Shown: positions 1 to 13,400 of the stretch, piece by piece
How positions within the stretch are numbered: the stretch's first letter is position 1
Layout: each line of letters opens with the position of its first letter
From: Balanoglossus misakiensis
Taxonomy: Eukaryota > Animalia > Hemichordata
Direction: 5' to 3'
DNA: 64,000 nucleotides
Assembly (NCBI GenBank): GCA_040954595.2
Contig: CM082584.2
Location: 11,622,552-11,686,551 of the forward strand
Position numbers and translations under genes: made by a program
Notes under the pieces: model-generated
The model's database searches: none
The model's input: only the letters and a program-made list of their open reading frames with translations
What the model was told of the DNA's origin: nothing

Positions 1-446
1 TATACAATCAGGAAAAACTTGCAATAGGGTTTTTCAAATGATTCATTCAAATATTTCTGGAATTTGAAACCAGTCAGTTGGTGAACTGTCAAAATCAAAC
101 TTGAAGTATACATACTAGCTATCCAGTTGTTAAAATAAACTGACATGGAATTCAGCTTGCAAACTGATGCCACTCTGGTCTATTTATACTTAAAAGCGAA
201 ATTCTGAAGTTGTCTTGTCAAAATGGCTTCAAAATCTGTTGACAGGATGGAGAGTGGAGGTGCCAAAGAGGCAGAGTAGACTTTGTTCGAACAATAGCAT
301 TTCACTTGCTTCAAATCCTCTTCCCTGCAGTAATCAGGGCTCGTGTTCACTGAGATGTCATCAGAAATTCCGAGATAACGCTTGGAGAACGGTGACTGAC
401 ATGACGAAAGCCCTTGATGGGTTTTCACTGATGAACGCTGAAACCG

Positions 447-460
447 ATTGCCATGGCAAC
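447..460. promoter_or_regulatory. RFX X-box-like palindrome
   Basis: ATTGCCATGGCAAC, 13/14 match to GTTGCCATGGCAAC. Confidence 0.55.
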
Positions 461-1388
461 CTATTAGCCGATCTAATATTTGTTATAAAATCCCATAATC
501 CAGTCTTTGTAAATAGAAGCCCATTAAAGACGCTGGTTTTCAAATCATACCAGAGTATTTCAAAAGCCAAATTAGTTGCATGTGCTGGAAGTGGGCAGGG
601 TTCTGGTTGCAGTTTAAAAATTGGCAATTTGCAGACTGTTATCAGTACTTCATGAGATTTACATGTTCCTAAAATTGTTATAATGTGAGGTTTTCGCTGT
701 TGAATATTTTAAGTGGCAAGTCTTTGTATGACGTACTTCGCAATCAGTTTTATTTTCGTATTCTGGGAAGAAGAAAAAAGATTTTGTAGAGACAAACCAG
801 TCTTTTTTGGCTTTTGATGTGCCGTGACAAAAATCTGATTTGACAAATGTGGGCACCAGTCCCACGATTTTAAATGTCAAGTGACAATTTCCTCTACATC
901 CAAATCCTTGGAGAGAGAAAAAATGAAACCCTTTGCAGCAGTGACAAGACAGTACTCACCATGTCAAAACCACACAAGTTCAACCAGTTTTATTTATTAC
1001 AATATAGCATCTGGAAGTGTATTCAACTTCCTGGTTTCACCCCCAAAGACTGCACGCGTATTCACATTATGTATTGTTCCTCGTCTTTATTTAGCACTAT
1101 CTACATTAAACAGCCTTCCTTTTAGTTTCAGTTTATGCCCTGTGTTTGACCTTATCAAAGAAATGGGGGAAGACAAACACTTCCTACTAAAATTGGTTCA
1201 GTGCCAATAAGCTAGCCACAGCGATGGAAAATGCAATGCATTGATGCAGGTTGTCAAAGGGTTAATTTGTTTATTAATCTCAGTCCGCCATTATCAAATT
1301 GCTGCTAGCCTGGATGTAATTTTGACAAGAAAACGGTGAAATATTTGTAGTAAATTTAGAGATATAGATGATTACAGTGTAGGTATTG

Positions 1389-1402
1389 GTCACCATAGCA
1401 AC
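1389..1402. promoter_or_regulatory. RFX X-box-like motif
   Basis: GTCACCATAGCAAC fits the X-box pattern. Confidence 0.55.
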
Positions 1403-2762
1403 GGCCACTTGAACGTGATTGTTTTTGGTTTGTCATTTTTCATGCTACCACACCAGCGGTTGGTGCCCAGCAGGATGTTTTGCTCATTTTATGGTTAAAG
1501 AATGCATGTTCGACGGCCTTGTATAGTTTTCATTGATGTAAAATTCATTCTCTGTTTAAATACTGGAGAGAGTAGTTATTTTTGATACAGATCGACACTC
1601 GTAATTTGGAAGTATTTGGGTTGTTTTTTTGCTTGGTTCTCTTTAGTGTATATAAAATGTGCACCAGTTGTGTAATAATGATGTAGAATGATAAACCAGC
1701 AGGTAATTTGTATTCTGCTTTCATTTTGGGGTTTATGTTTAAAAAATTTAGTGGCTTAATGTATGTGTATACACACAGAATTTCCCTGTACAGTTCCAAC
1801 ATTGTGATTAATGGCAGTTCGAAATCTGTCCAATTTGTCTCCATGACTCCCAATCTAAAGTTGCTATAGTAGCATTGAAAGATGCATCATGATAATGGCT
1901 GGCAGATGCGTAAGCATAGAAGGAGCAGTCGAACCAAGACTACCTATGGTCTTTCGAAATTTTTAAGTCGCCCAGAAGATGCCTCCTTAATCTAGGGCTT
2001 CTCGGTTGTCTTCTATGCCAAAAATAAACAGCAAGCTCGAAGTTGGACCACGGCTGGTGTGTAACATGTTAATTCTAGACCATGAACAAATTCTTGAAAT
2101 CTTGTTTGGTTGATGTACTTGCCATTTCAGCCTGTCAAGGTCATGAATTAGCAGGTGCCCAACTTTGTATGATAGATGATCGTGCTGCCAAGCAATTCTT
2201 GCTGGTAATGGTTCAGATGTAGTCAATGTTGATAGTTATAGATTGTGCGTATGTTCGCGCACATTACTCGCTAAAGATGAAACATTTACTGCCTCGATCA
2301 TTGATATATAAAATAATGGCAACTCCTTTTAAACAAAACTTGTACAAAATTCTGATGGTTGTAATTACATCAATAAAATTTGATGGGTTTGAAAGTAGGG
2401 AGGAACTATGAACTAGGCATAGTACAAAAAATAACCAGTACTAGATAACCTAGAAAATGACCCTTTGAAACTGACACCCGTCCAGTATACAAGCATGTTT
2501 TAGATCTCTTAGGATGGTTGCAGCTGTTTATACGCATCTCATCAAAGCTTGTCTATTTGTCTTGAATCAAAAGAACGGCAGCACTTGCAGAAAATTACAA
2601 GAAAATGTCAAAAATGTGAGCATCCATGTGGAATGAACGGGCTGGCATGCAGTCTGTCTGCTGCCATCTGCTGTAGAAAAGGGATACCCCATTCCAGCAG
2701 CATCACTGAAATACCAGCCATGCTTCTTTGTGTCGGCACAGTCGTGCTGTTTGCCATTTAAC

Positions 2763-2776
2763 ATTGCCATGGCAAC
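2763..2776. promoter_or_regulatory. RFX X-box-like palindrome
   Basis: ATTGCCATGGCAAC, followed immediately by a further half-site (CGGGAAAC). Confidence 0.55.
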
Positions 2777-3542
2777 CGGGAAACTTTGAGCATTTGAATC
2801 AGAAAACGTGCCTTTCTCTGCCAGGCTAGACTGGAGGGGCTAGTCTAGTTTTATTTTTTCCAGTGATGACAGAAAACGTAGTTCATCATTAGGAATATAT
2901 GGTAGGAAAAGGTCATGATTTCTTTAGGTCATCTGTGGTTTTAAAACTGTTTTTGACATTTCATTTCCACTGTATGTAATCTTGCGAAATAGACATCTAA
3001 GGAAAGACATCCATTAAGATAATGTGGACTTGTTCAAGTATATTGCAAGAAAGTTAGAGACAGTCTGCCTAAGAACACTTTACAGAGAAATAGAATTAGG
3101 GGACTAAATATGATTTGTAGCCATTAGGCAAAAGTTTGTAATAGTTGTTGCTGTAAAAACAAGTCGCCAATGTTGTGCTCAGAGAATGAAAGATAAAATT
3201 GCACCACAGCAGACAACTCTGCTGTTATTGAGCTGAATTCATCTTGTTAACTCATCAGAAGGAAACAGGCTTGCCCCTTGAAGATACACCGCATTTGAAA
3301 ACAAATGTCAAAAGAGTAGAATCTTCAAACCGGTTGACAAAATGGCAGCTGACGAATGAAAATTGGATTCAAACACACCACACATTCCATCAAGTTTGAA
3401 TCCTCAATATTCTGGGGGCTAATAGGTATACTTGTAGTTCCATTAGTTTTTTAGCTCCAAGGGTCATCCATGTTCTTGATTAATGGACAAAAGGTACATT
3501 CATATCACCTTTACACAATTACTGCCAATGCTTTTCATATTT

Positions 3543-3556
3543 GTTGCCATGGAAAC
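3543..3556. promoter_or_regulatory. RFX X-box
   Basis: GTTGCCATGGAAAC, canonical form. Confidence 0.6.
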
Positions 3557-6500
3557 GAGAAAAACAAATGCTTGGATTTGTTTTTTGTTTTTGTTAGGAA
3601 AGGGAGACCATTGTTTGACATTCACTTGCCTCCATATTCAAATAAAATAAAATCGTGATCTATTGTTTGAAGCTTTTGAGTAAATGCAAATAGGCTCCTG
3701 GTTTTCAATCAAGATAAATATTGTACGAGATGTAGATTGTGATTATATTTTCTAAATTGAAAATCCTAGGGGGTCCCCTTTTCTGCCTGTTTGGATGGGT
3801 CCAAGAATGTTCATAATGAGAAACTGTTCATAGCAGTGGACAAATATGATACCAAATGCAGTATGTTACAGTTCGGAAAATGATTGATAATATCCCTTGG
3901 GGTACAACAACACAAGTGCCTGCTTAATTAAATCACATTCAAATGTATGCAGTTGTGCATTTGACTTATTTCCGTCCGTGACAACAAAAACCAAATCCCA
4001 GCCTGGATGAATGCATTGTTTTGTCAGGAATTTCCAATGATGATAAATAAAACTTGACCAATTCTGATATGGATCTGCCAACAGGCTGCTTCTTGTTTTC
4101 AAGCTGCAGACATAAATATAGAAACAGCCGTGCAGTGCATAATTGTCCCAAATCCCATCTGTACGCTAGATGATGTACAACCTGAAGTACAGCGTTGAAG
4201 GATAGGATGTTGTTGTGCTAATCTGTCGGCAGTTTTGATGATCGGAAAAATGGTGCGGTTTATAATGTGCAAGACATGATTTGCCAGCAGTGCTTGCTGC
4301 ACTATAATTTGGCATGTGTTTGCTCCCTGTAAATCGGGGCTATAAATAGTGAAAACGGATTGAGGACGTGCCTGTCAATGAAACTGGAGATGCAGCTCTT
4401 TTGACTTCGGGTCAAAGGTTGTCAATATGCATGTGGCCACCCCATTGCCCACAACAATAAATGAGCATGTGCTCATTCAGAAATCATGTACCAGTAGCAC
4501 GTTTGGAAATAATTTGACGACATGTTATATAGTTTACCGTTAGGATCATTTTTGTGTTTAATTGTCAGAAAATGGGTGTAAGATCAACCTTTTTATTCCT
4601 GTTTAAATTTTCCTAGACTCTTTTCATTGTCAAAAAGCTTTCTCAGACTGAAGTGATGCTGTTTCACCAAGTGATTATTGAGGAAGTGGTATTCCAGTAA
4701 AACCAAGATTGTCAGTAAAAATAGTATGGAAGTGAAATGATACATCAGTTTGACTAATCAATGAGAAGGTATGGGTCTGACAAAAATATACTGTCTGGTC
4801 CAATTAATCTAAATCTGAGACGAAGTTGTACCAATTTAGTTTCGGTATAGCATCATTAATTTCTAGCCGCCCCAAATGCTGTATTTAATGTGCCTGGAAA
4901 TAATTCTTAAACGATTCACTTCACACAGCCAGTCAGTTTTAATAATGAGAGAAGCTGTGTGTGATGTAACTGCTCGGAAACGCAAGTCACGGTTGACTAG
5001 AAGACACTGCATTTTGAAATAGATTTGAAGTCGGAACACATTGACTGAAAATGATATTCTCAAACTCTTAATAATCTACTGCATATAATATGTAGATTGA
5101 AAAGGAGACATTTGCTTGGCCTCCAACAAGTTAATATGACTTTCCAGATGAGCTTACTGAAGCTGAACCCAGTATTACAGATTAGTATCCTTCCTTCCAG
5201 CCAAATCCTATCCATGAAACCATGACAACAGTGTTTTTTATTACAGAAAAAATGGAACCAATTTCTCTAGCAAAACAAGGTTCAATTTTTCTTATTTTTT
5301 CCCCTGCAATATTTAGTGATCATCTTATAAACAATATTTCACAATTTTTCAACAGTTGCTGTATATTTGCTGTAGACCCTGCCAGAATTAGATTGCAAGA
5401 TAATATCACCATGGTTACTGGTCTCCCTGCACTTGTCATAACAGTGGAAAACCCTTTGTGTTTTTCACTGGCAATGTACATGTATATACATTAAATTTTT
5501 ACTGTTTTGATCTTAATGCTGACCTGTGCAAACCTAACATAAGATCTTCTACGGTCGCAATATTGTCTTTTAGTGGAGGATTACATTTGTGACCAATTTT
5601 CATCAAATGCATAATTGACCAATTTAATATCTTGGTGTCTGGTATTTATCGCGTTTGTGTGTGAATACAGAATGAAAATTGTGTTGGCTATTGTAATATA
5701 TACTGGCCGTGATGGAAAAGATAATTGCACAAAACTGAAGATAATATTTATCAGTCTCCTATATAGGGGTTATACAGTTGAAGTTTCTAATAAGGGTTTT
5801 ATATGGCATTGTTGATACAGTATTAAAACAAATGTACGTTTGATGGGTTATTTTGTCAATTGATATGCCACTAGAGTCGGTAAAACAAACCATGGTTAAA
5901 ATAATATCGATCTACCCTTTTTTTACTTTCTGCAATATTTTATAGATCAATAATTTAGTTGACTGGATCGTGTTTCCAAAATGGCTTGTCACATCAGCAT
6001 TTTGTTTGAATCTAGTTTCTCGGTCTTGTCTTCCGCAGGGCAGGGTATGAGTTTGGCTGCCATGACAAAGGGTTCATTTTATTTGGAGAGGACGTGGGTT
6101 AGTGTTGAAGTGTTGAAATATCATTACCTCAGAAGTACCCTTGACAACTAGTTTTTATGTGGTTTAGGAAAACATGCTTTTTGTACACTGCTTGGTGACC
6201 CGATTGCTGTTATGGAAACGGTAGCATCTTCAACAATACAAACCGTTGTCCCTTCTGGTGTAAAAATTGTATTTTTTAATTACAACTTTAGCACACCTGC
6301 CTTCATATACAACTATGATTTGAAGCTAAACTCAAGGAGATCTCCTGTTTGGCAGATAAAATTGTTGGTTTAAGGTTTTTTGTCATACTAAATATGGAAC
6401 AATGCCCTTTAGTTCTTTTATAGGCTAATGTACCATATTTTCTTCCTGACTAGGCATGTAGTTAGGTCTTTATTTGCTAGAAAAAAATTATTCTTCCAAG

Positions 6501-7632
6501 ACTTTTGAGAACTTGCAGCTATTTAAGCAAAACTAGCCCTTGGGTCTTCTTTAATTGGCATCCAAAGACGACATTGTCTAGGGAGGTGTAAGCAAATTTT
6601 TTTTTAACAAGTTAACTTTGTGGTCCAAAGGTCATTAGCACACATGCACTGCCTGGGGCCAATCTAACTGAGATGTATTTGGGTATCCTTTACAGTGGTC
6701 ATTTTGTCTCAAAGTGCATGTTACTTTTGCGCGCGTTTATTATCAATTTTCACCCACAGATATAAAATTAAATGAATGGTGAATAACAATTTGCAAGGAA
6801 ATATTCCTCATTGAACAGAAATCGCCATTGCGCTAAATTAAAAAATATGTGAGATTTGCAGTCCATGGAGAAAGACCTTAAAATTTCTCTGGTCCAGAAA
6901 GATGTTCAGCTGTTGGCCATCTTTCCTGCAGTTGTGGAAAGCCATCAAAATATCAGACATATTCACATTCCCCGTTGGAAGTCTGCCATACCAGTGGAAC
7001 GTTGAACCGAGCTGTGTGCAGACGACCACTAGCACCCTCTATTCCAGGCCCTGCAATAATAAACAAAATGACTGGAATCGTGGGAATCCCACTTGCTCCG
7101 CAATCCTTCCTTAGGATTACTTCAGTCTGCCGTGGAAGACCCATAGATAAGCTGTATGCTAATTTGGTGTGCCTCTGTCATTTCTGCATTGCGTGGAGTT
7201 GCTAGAGGCAAGACGAAGAGAAAATTAGTGTTTTTCTCATTCTGGGTACAAAAACTCCCCAGGCTCTTGGTCTTCAAATTGTTCTTTTTGCTCTTACATG
7301 GACAAATTCCAGGTTTCATAATGACTCTTTCCCTTTCACCTTTTCCAACCCTACATTCAGAGAATTGAGGATTAAAAGAAGGGCATTATTTTTGTCCAAT
7401 TCAAGTATAAGGCAATAAGTAATCATCTAAAGTTGCCTTGAGCAGAATATAAGAGTTTAAGGTTTTGATTTTCAAGACAATACCACCTCAAGTAAAATGA
7501 GTTGAGGGCAGGATTGTCAAAAGATTAATCCACCCTGTTAAGAAAGCCTGACCTGGAAATGCTAGGCCAAGATTTTTTTTGTTCTTGAAAGTTCAGGAGA
7601 GGGGAAAGCTCAGATGTAATTTTGTATCATGA

Positions 7633-7800
<168 letters not shown>

Positions 7801-8296
7801 TGATGTGTCAACATTTCCAAAACGTGTCATTGTGACGTATCAAAGCAATCTGGTGGTTGTGGGATAACCCACGTGAATTTCATCTTAGTCTTGATCTGAA
7901 AATACGTCAATCCAGCCACCCACGTGCCGTGTGGTTCCTTCAGGGTATTCTAATTACCAAGGGTGCTCAAGTTCTGAACCAGTTGCATCTTTTTTACTGC
8001 TTCCGGCCTTCCATTCTCTGAACCCCAGCGCACAAAATGTCAATTTGCTGCCCAAATCTGAACAGGTAATCCCACCGAAAATGGCAGTTACCCGAGTACT
8101 TCCCTGCAGTGTTGTCAGGATAAATTTTCCAGTGAATGTTTCCAAAACGAATTCACTTTCAGGAGGGGGTGTATTTGTATGCCCACGTGGTATTTCTATA
8201 TCCACTTAAGTCATCTTGTCGGTGATGAGCATATTTTCCTTTTACAAAATCAAGATTTCGAACTTCACACCTGTAGGCCCATTATTCCATTTTTAG

Positions 8297-8596
<300 letters not shown>

Positions 8597-10876
8597 TAGT
8601 GTATTTGCTGAGTTGTCATCCTGCTGTTTTGAATGTTTGTAAATGTCATTGAACCTAGTGATTCATAGGATGGGCAAGTGTCCTCATTTCATATTTGATG
8701 GAGAAAACAGCTTTCACCTTGAATGTATTGAGAATGCTGTTCATTTGCTGTAGCCATTAAGAAAGCTTTTTATGCTTGTGTGAACTTTTGTAAGCAGTTT
8801 ATGTTGTTTTAGAGAGAATATTTGTGATTTGACTATCGTATACTTTGCTGCAACCAAGATGGAAAAACAATTCATAATTATAGTCATTTCCCAGAACGAG
8901 ATTTTATCTGTGCATATTCATGTTAGTGTCGAGTCTGGAGAATATAGTTTGATACAATCTACAAAGCTGTAGACATATATTCTTTCTGAAGTTTGCCCAG
9001 AAATGTGTGTTGGTGTGGGTGGTGAGAAAGGCAGGGATGGAAGGATATGAAAATATGGACAGGTGCAAGCAGTTGTCATGAGTTGGCAGAATGCCAGCAC
9101 TTATTCTCCCAAATTAACTTGTCAAAAAAGTGTGATATGACTAACAGTCTTGTCATACTGACTGCATTAAACATCTTGAAGTATTTCGGTCATTCCTTTC
9201 GATGGGCAATGTAACAAGTCAGCCAACATCACAACCCCAAAGACATTTTCCTTGATTTGGCTAAGGATTTGATCAAAATGTTGAATACTATCTCTTTAAA
9301 ATCTTATATTCAGGCCTTTGGGAGAGCAGACCAATCGATTCTGGTAGGAGCTTAAATCACTTAAACCTCAACAATATATATATCGCATTTTGAGACTGGA
9401 TGATTTTTTCAGTCGTTGGTGACAATAACAGCAACCAAGGGCTTTTTTCTTTATCTCTTTGTTTATTTTGAAAATTTTGTATGATTTAGATTCACCACCA
9501 TGCTGCGACTTGTACAAGGGGTCATCCTGTGTCAATTTCAAATGCACATAGTTTTTGTCGTTCTTTCTGACAGTTTATCTCGAAAGGGGAATTTGCACGA
9601 AATGTCGCTCCCCATCAATGTATGTGCTCAGAATTTAACCAACCGTGACATTTAAACTCTTAAAGTTTGCCGAAGAATTTTATACACTGATGGGTATAAT
9701 GAGAGCTATTCCCAAACTGAACCTGGGCAACTGCAAAAAAAAAAGTTTGGCATCTCCAGATACTTTGATTTGTCCGTGAATCTAAATTTCTTTTTTTGGC
9801 ATTAGACGAAAAGGACAGAAATGTTTCTGGTCCCAGGTCTTCACAGACATTGCTAAAAGATGCATTTAAACACTAAATAGCAAAAAAGCCTTTGCTGAAA
9901 AAATTCTCATTTCTATCGGAAAAAGGCTTGATGACAAGAACATTGAATTCGGGACACAAGAAACATTTCACTTTTTGGCTAAAACCCATTATGGAAAAAA
10001 AATGAACTTGCTCTCTAAATTGTGAATGGTGACAAAAAATGTAAATTCTTTGGGATTAATGGTCATAGCATTTTCAAGCATTGAACATGTTCAATCATTT
10101 TAAAACTGTACATGTCGACATGCATGTGCATATGTAATATTTCTTTATAATTCTTCCAGAAAAAGGAAAACACGGAACTGAAAAGCTTGACACTTCATCC
10201 AACTCTGGTGAGAAATACTTTATTTTATGACAACCCTTTAACAACCTACCCACTCTGATTTCCAACGAGTAGAAAACTGAAAATGCAAACAAACGCGGCT
10301 GCACTTGACTCTTGGAATCTAGATAATTCTACGCTGTGACCTAATCTTCGTCTCGACTGATGATTCACCATAGAACTCGTGGGGACAGGTGTCGGGTGTC
10401 TGGAAGATGCTTTACTTGTTAATTACACGAGGATGCAGTTGCTCGGCAACCAGTTCCTTCTTCATAACATGGAGACTAACAGTCACTGACAATGTAGATC
10501 GTAGTACACTAATAGATCTCATAAGTAACACCAATAAAAACCGACATAACCTAGATAACTAGTTTAGTACTCAAAGAATGAGAGGATTCATGTATTGGTT
10601 TAACTTCCCGCATGACACAGTAATATGGTGGTGGATTTTATTTTTTTGTCTTTGTTTGTGTATTTATTTTCTTACGTTATATTATTAGTTTCATCGTGGA
10701 GAGAGCGGAAAATAGCCAATGGGCTGCGACCGATTTGTCTCCAGAGAATCATTTAACAAGATGCACTAGTGGGCTATAAGGAAATAACAGATTGTTGGTT
10801 GAAACTTGTTAACCCCCCTCCCTTCCCCCAATACATTACAAGTGTGTGGTGTATATGATCTGTAAGCTCGGTTTAA

Positions 10877-11134
<258 letters not shown>

Positions 11135-11540
11135 TAAGACATATGCAAAATACTCCCCCCTTCCCCCATGCAAACACACTATGCATTTGACAGCAATCCC
11201 GTTCAGCAGACGTCAAGTTCAACTGATCCATAATCACCACATCTAGTTGCATTGCTCTAATCGGAACTGTAGTGCAACTTGGAAAACCAAACGACAAACT
11301 TCGCATCAAGTGTGTGTGTGTGCATGTGATTTTAAGCGTGTGCTGTAGAGATTGCTACTGGAATTAAAAATCTCGACATGAAGGTTGGATATGATAAATG
11401 ATGGTTGAAAATATTCAGGAAATTAGCATTTTATAAAATGCTGTCCAGAAAGTAATGTAGCCATACAGTCTCCATACTGAAATGTCCGGTAATAAACAGA
11501 ACATGACCTGGTGACAAGACTTGAAAAAAACCCACACTAG

Positions 11541-12167
<627 letters not shown>

Positions 12168-12711
12168 AATAGCGGCCAACGCTACAAAATATAAACTGCT
12201 CCAACGAGATCTTAGTAAACTTTGTTGCAAAAACAAAGCTAGACTATGAGATGTCTCAGTGCAAATACATTTAAAAAAGTTTTCTTTATGAAGAAAAGAA
12301 GCATCCTGTAAGGATTTTATGTGGCCAGAGAAATTCTGAGCGATACAATTGAAAAAAACTTTTAATTTTTTGCCCCAGTTGTGAATATTCAGTTAAGATT
12401 TTTAAGATTCACCTGTTGAGTTCAGAGTGCTTTCAAAAGTTCAACTGACAGAAAATGATGGCAAACAATTTTCCATTTAGGAAGTTAAATAGAAGTTCTT
12501 TCATGTTTTGAAGTAATTTTCAGAAACTTTGCTGATTTTTCAAGGAATTTAGCATTTACTTGATTTTTCCAAGTCTTAACTTTGCACTTTAAGATAAACT
12601 GTTTTTGAGTGTCACACACGTTTAGGATTGAGATTAATCTACATGATCTGAAGTTTTTTTCCGACTCGTAGACAAAACTTCAAGGAAGTTTTTTTCACTT
12701 TAGCATTACAT

Positions 12712-12735
12712 TTATTATTATTATTATTATTATTA
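12712..12735 (+). repeat. (TTA)8 microsatellite in the 3'UTR
   Basis: Read directly from the sequence. Confidence 0.9.
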
Positions 12736-12941
12736 CTAACTTTTAAATTTATTTGTGGATTTTTGCATGTATCATGTTTCGTTGTATACTGGCTTGTGAT
12801 TTTGTGTTGGCTAAGCTCATTAGAGATTAGGCAAATGAGATCTAAATCTCAACATTTTTTTCCTGATAATTCTACAAAAATACTTGTCGGTAGTCAGAGG
12901 ATTGCACTCTTTTAGAGCTTTTGTTTCCTTAGGACAAAAGT

Positions 12942-13400
12942 ATTAAATTTTATTTGATCTGTGCCGAAGAACTTTGAGTTGCTTTGTGTTTTTTATTTTC
13001 TGTTCCGCATTTTGGCATTTTGTTCGTTTCTGAGGTCTACTGACGCAACAAATAGGGAGCGGTATCATCACTTTACTAACAAACACCAACCTCCTATCAC
13101 CTTTTTTTTACCATCATTATGATTTTATTCCTTCGTTTCCATATTTCGTTGATTATGCTGCGCATTTTCATTGATTTACCACCACCACCATCACACCATT
13201 AAATGAAGAATAAAAACGGGGGGACCTTTGGTTTGATCAAATTTCAGGTTTGGAACACAAGGAATATGAAATTTGTATATTACATTGGTGCAAGGGAATA
13301 AGGGAGATTTAAAAAAAGAAGAAATTTTTATTGCAATTACCAAGCCCAGTGGAGACAATAAACCTGCATTTCTATTTTTATATCAGGTGTTTAATTGTGC
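12942..13400 (+). terminator. Candidate proximal polyadenylation signals
   Basis: ATTAAA at 12942 (GU/U-rich downstream), AATAAA at 13209, and AATAAA at 13357 (U/GU-rich downstream). Confidence 0.35.

Noticed and set aside
11244-11255. TAGTTGCATTGC matches the 3' part of miR-33
   Set aside because: The seed region does not match and the stem is too short for a pre-miRNA.
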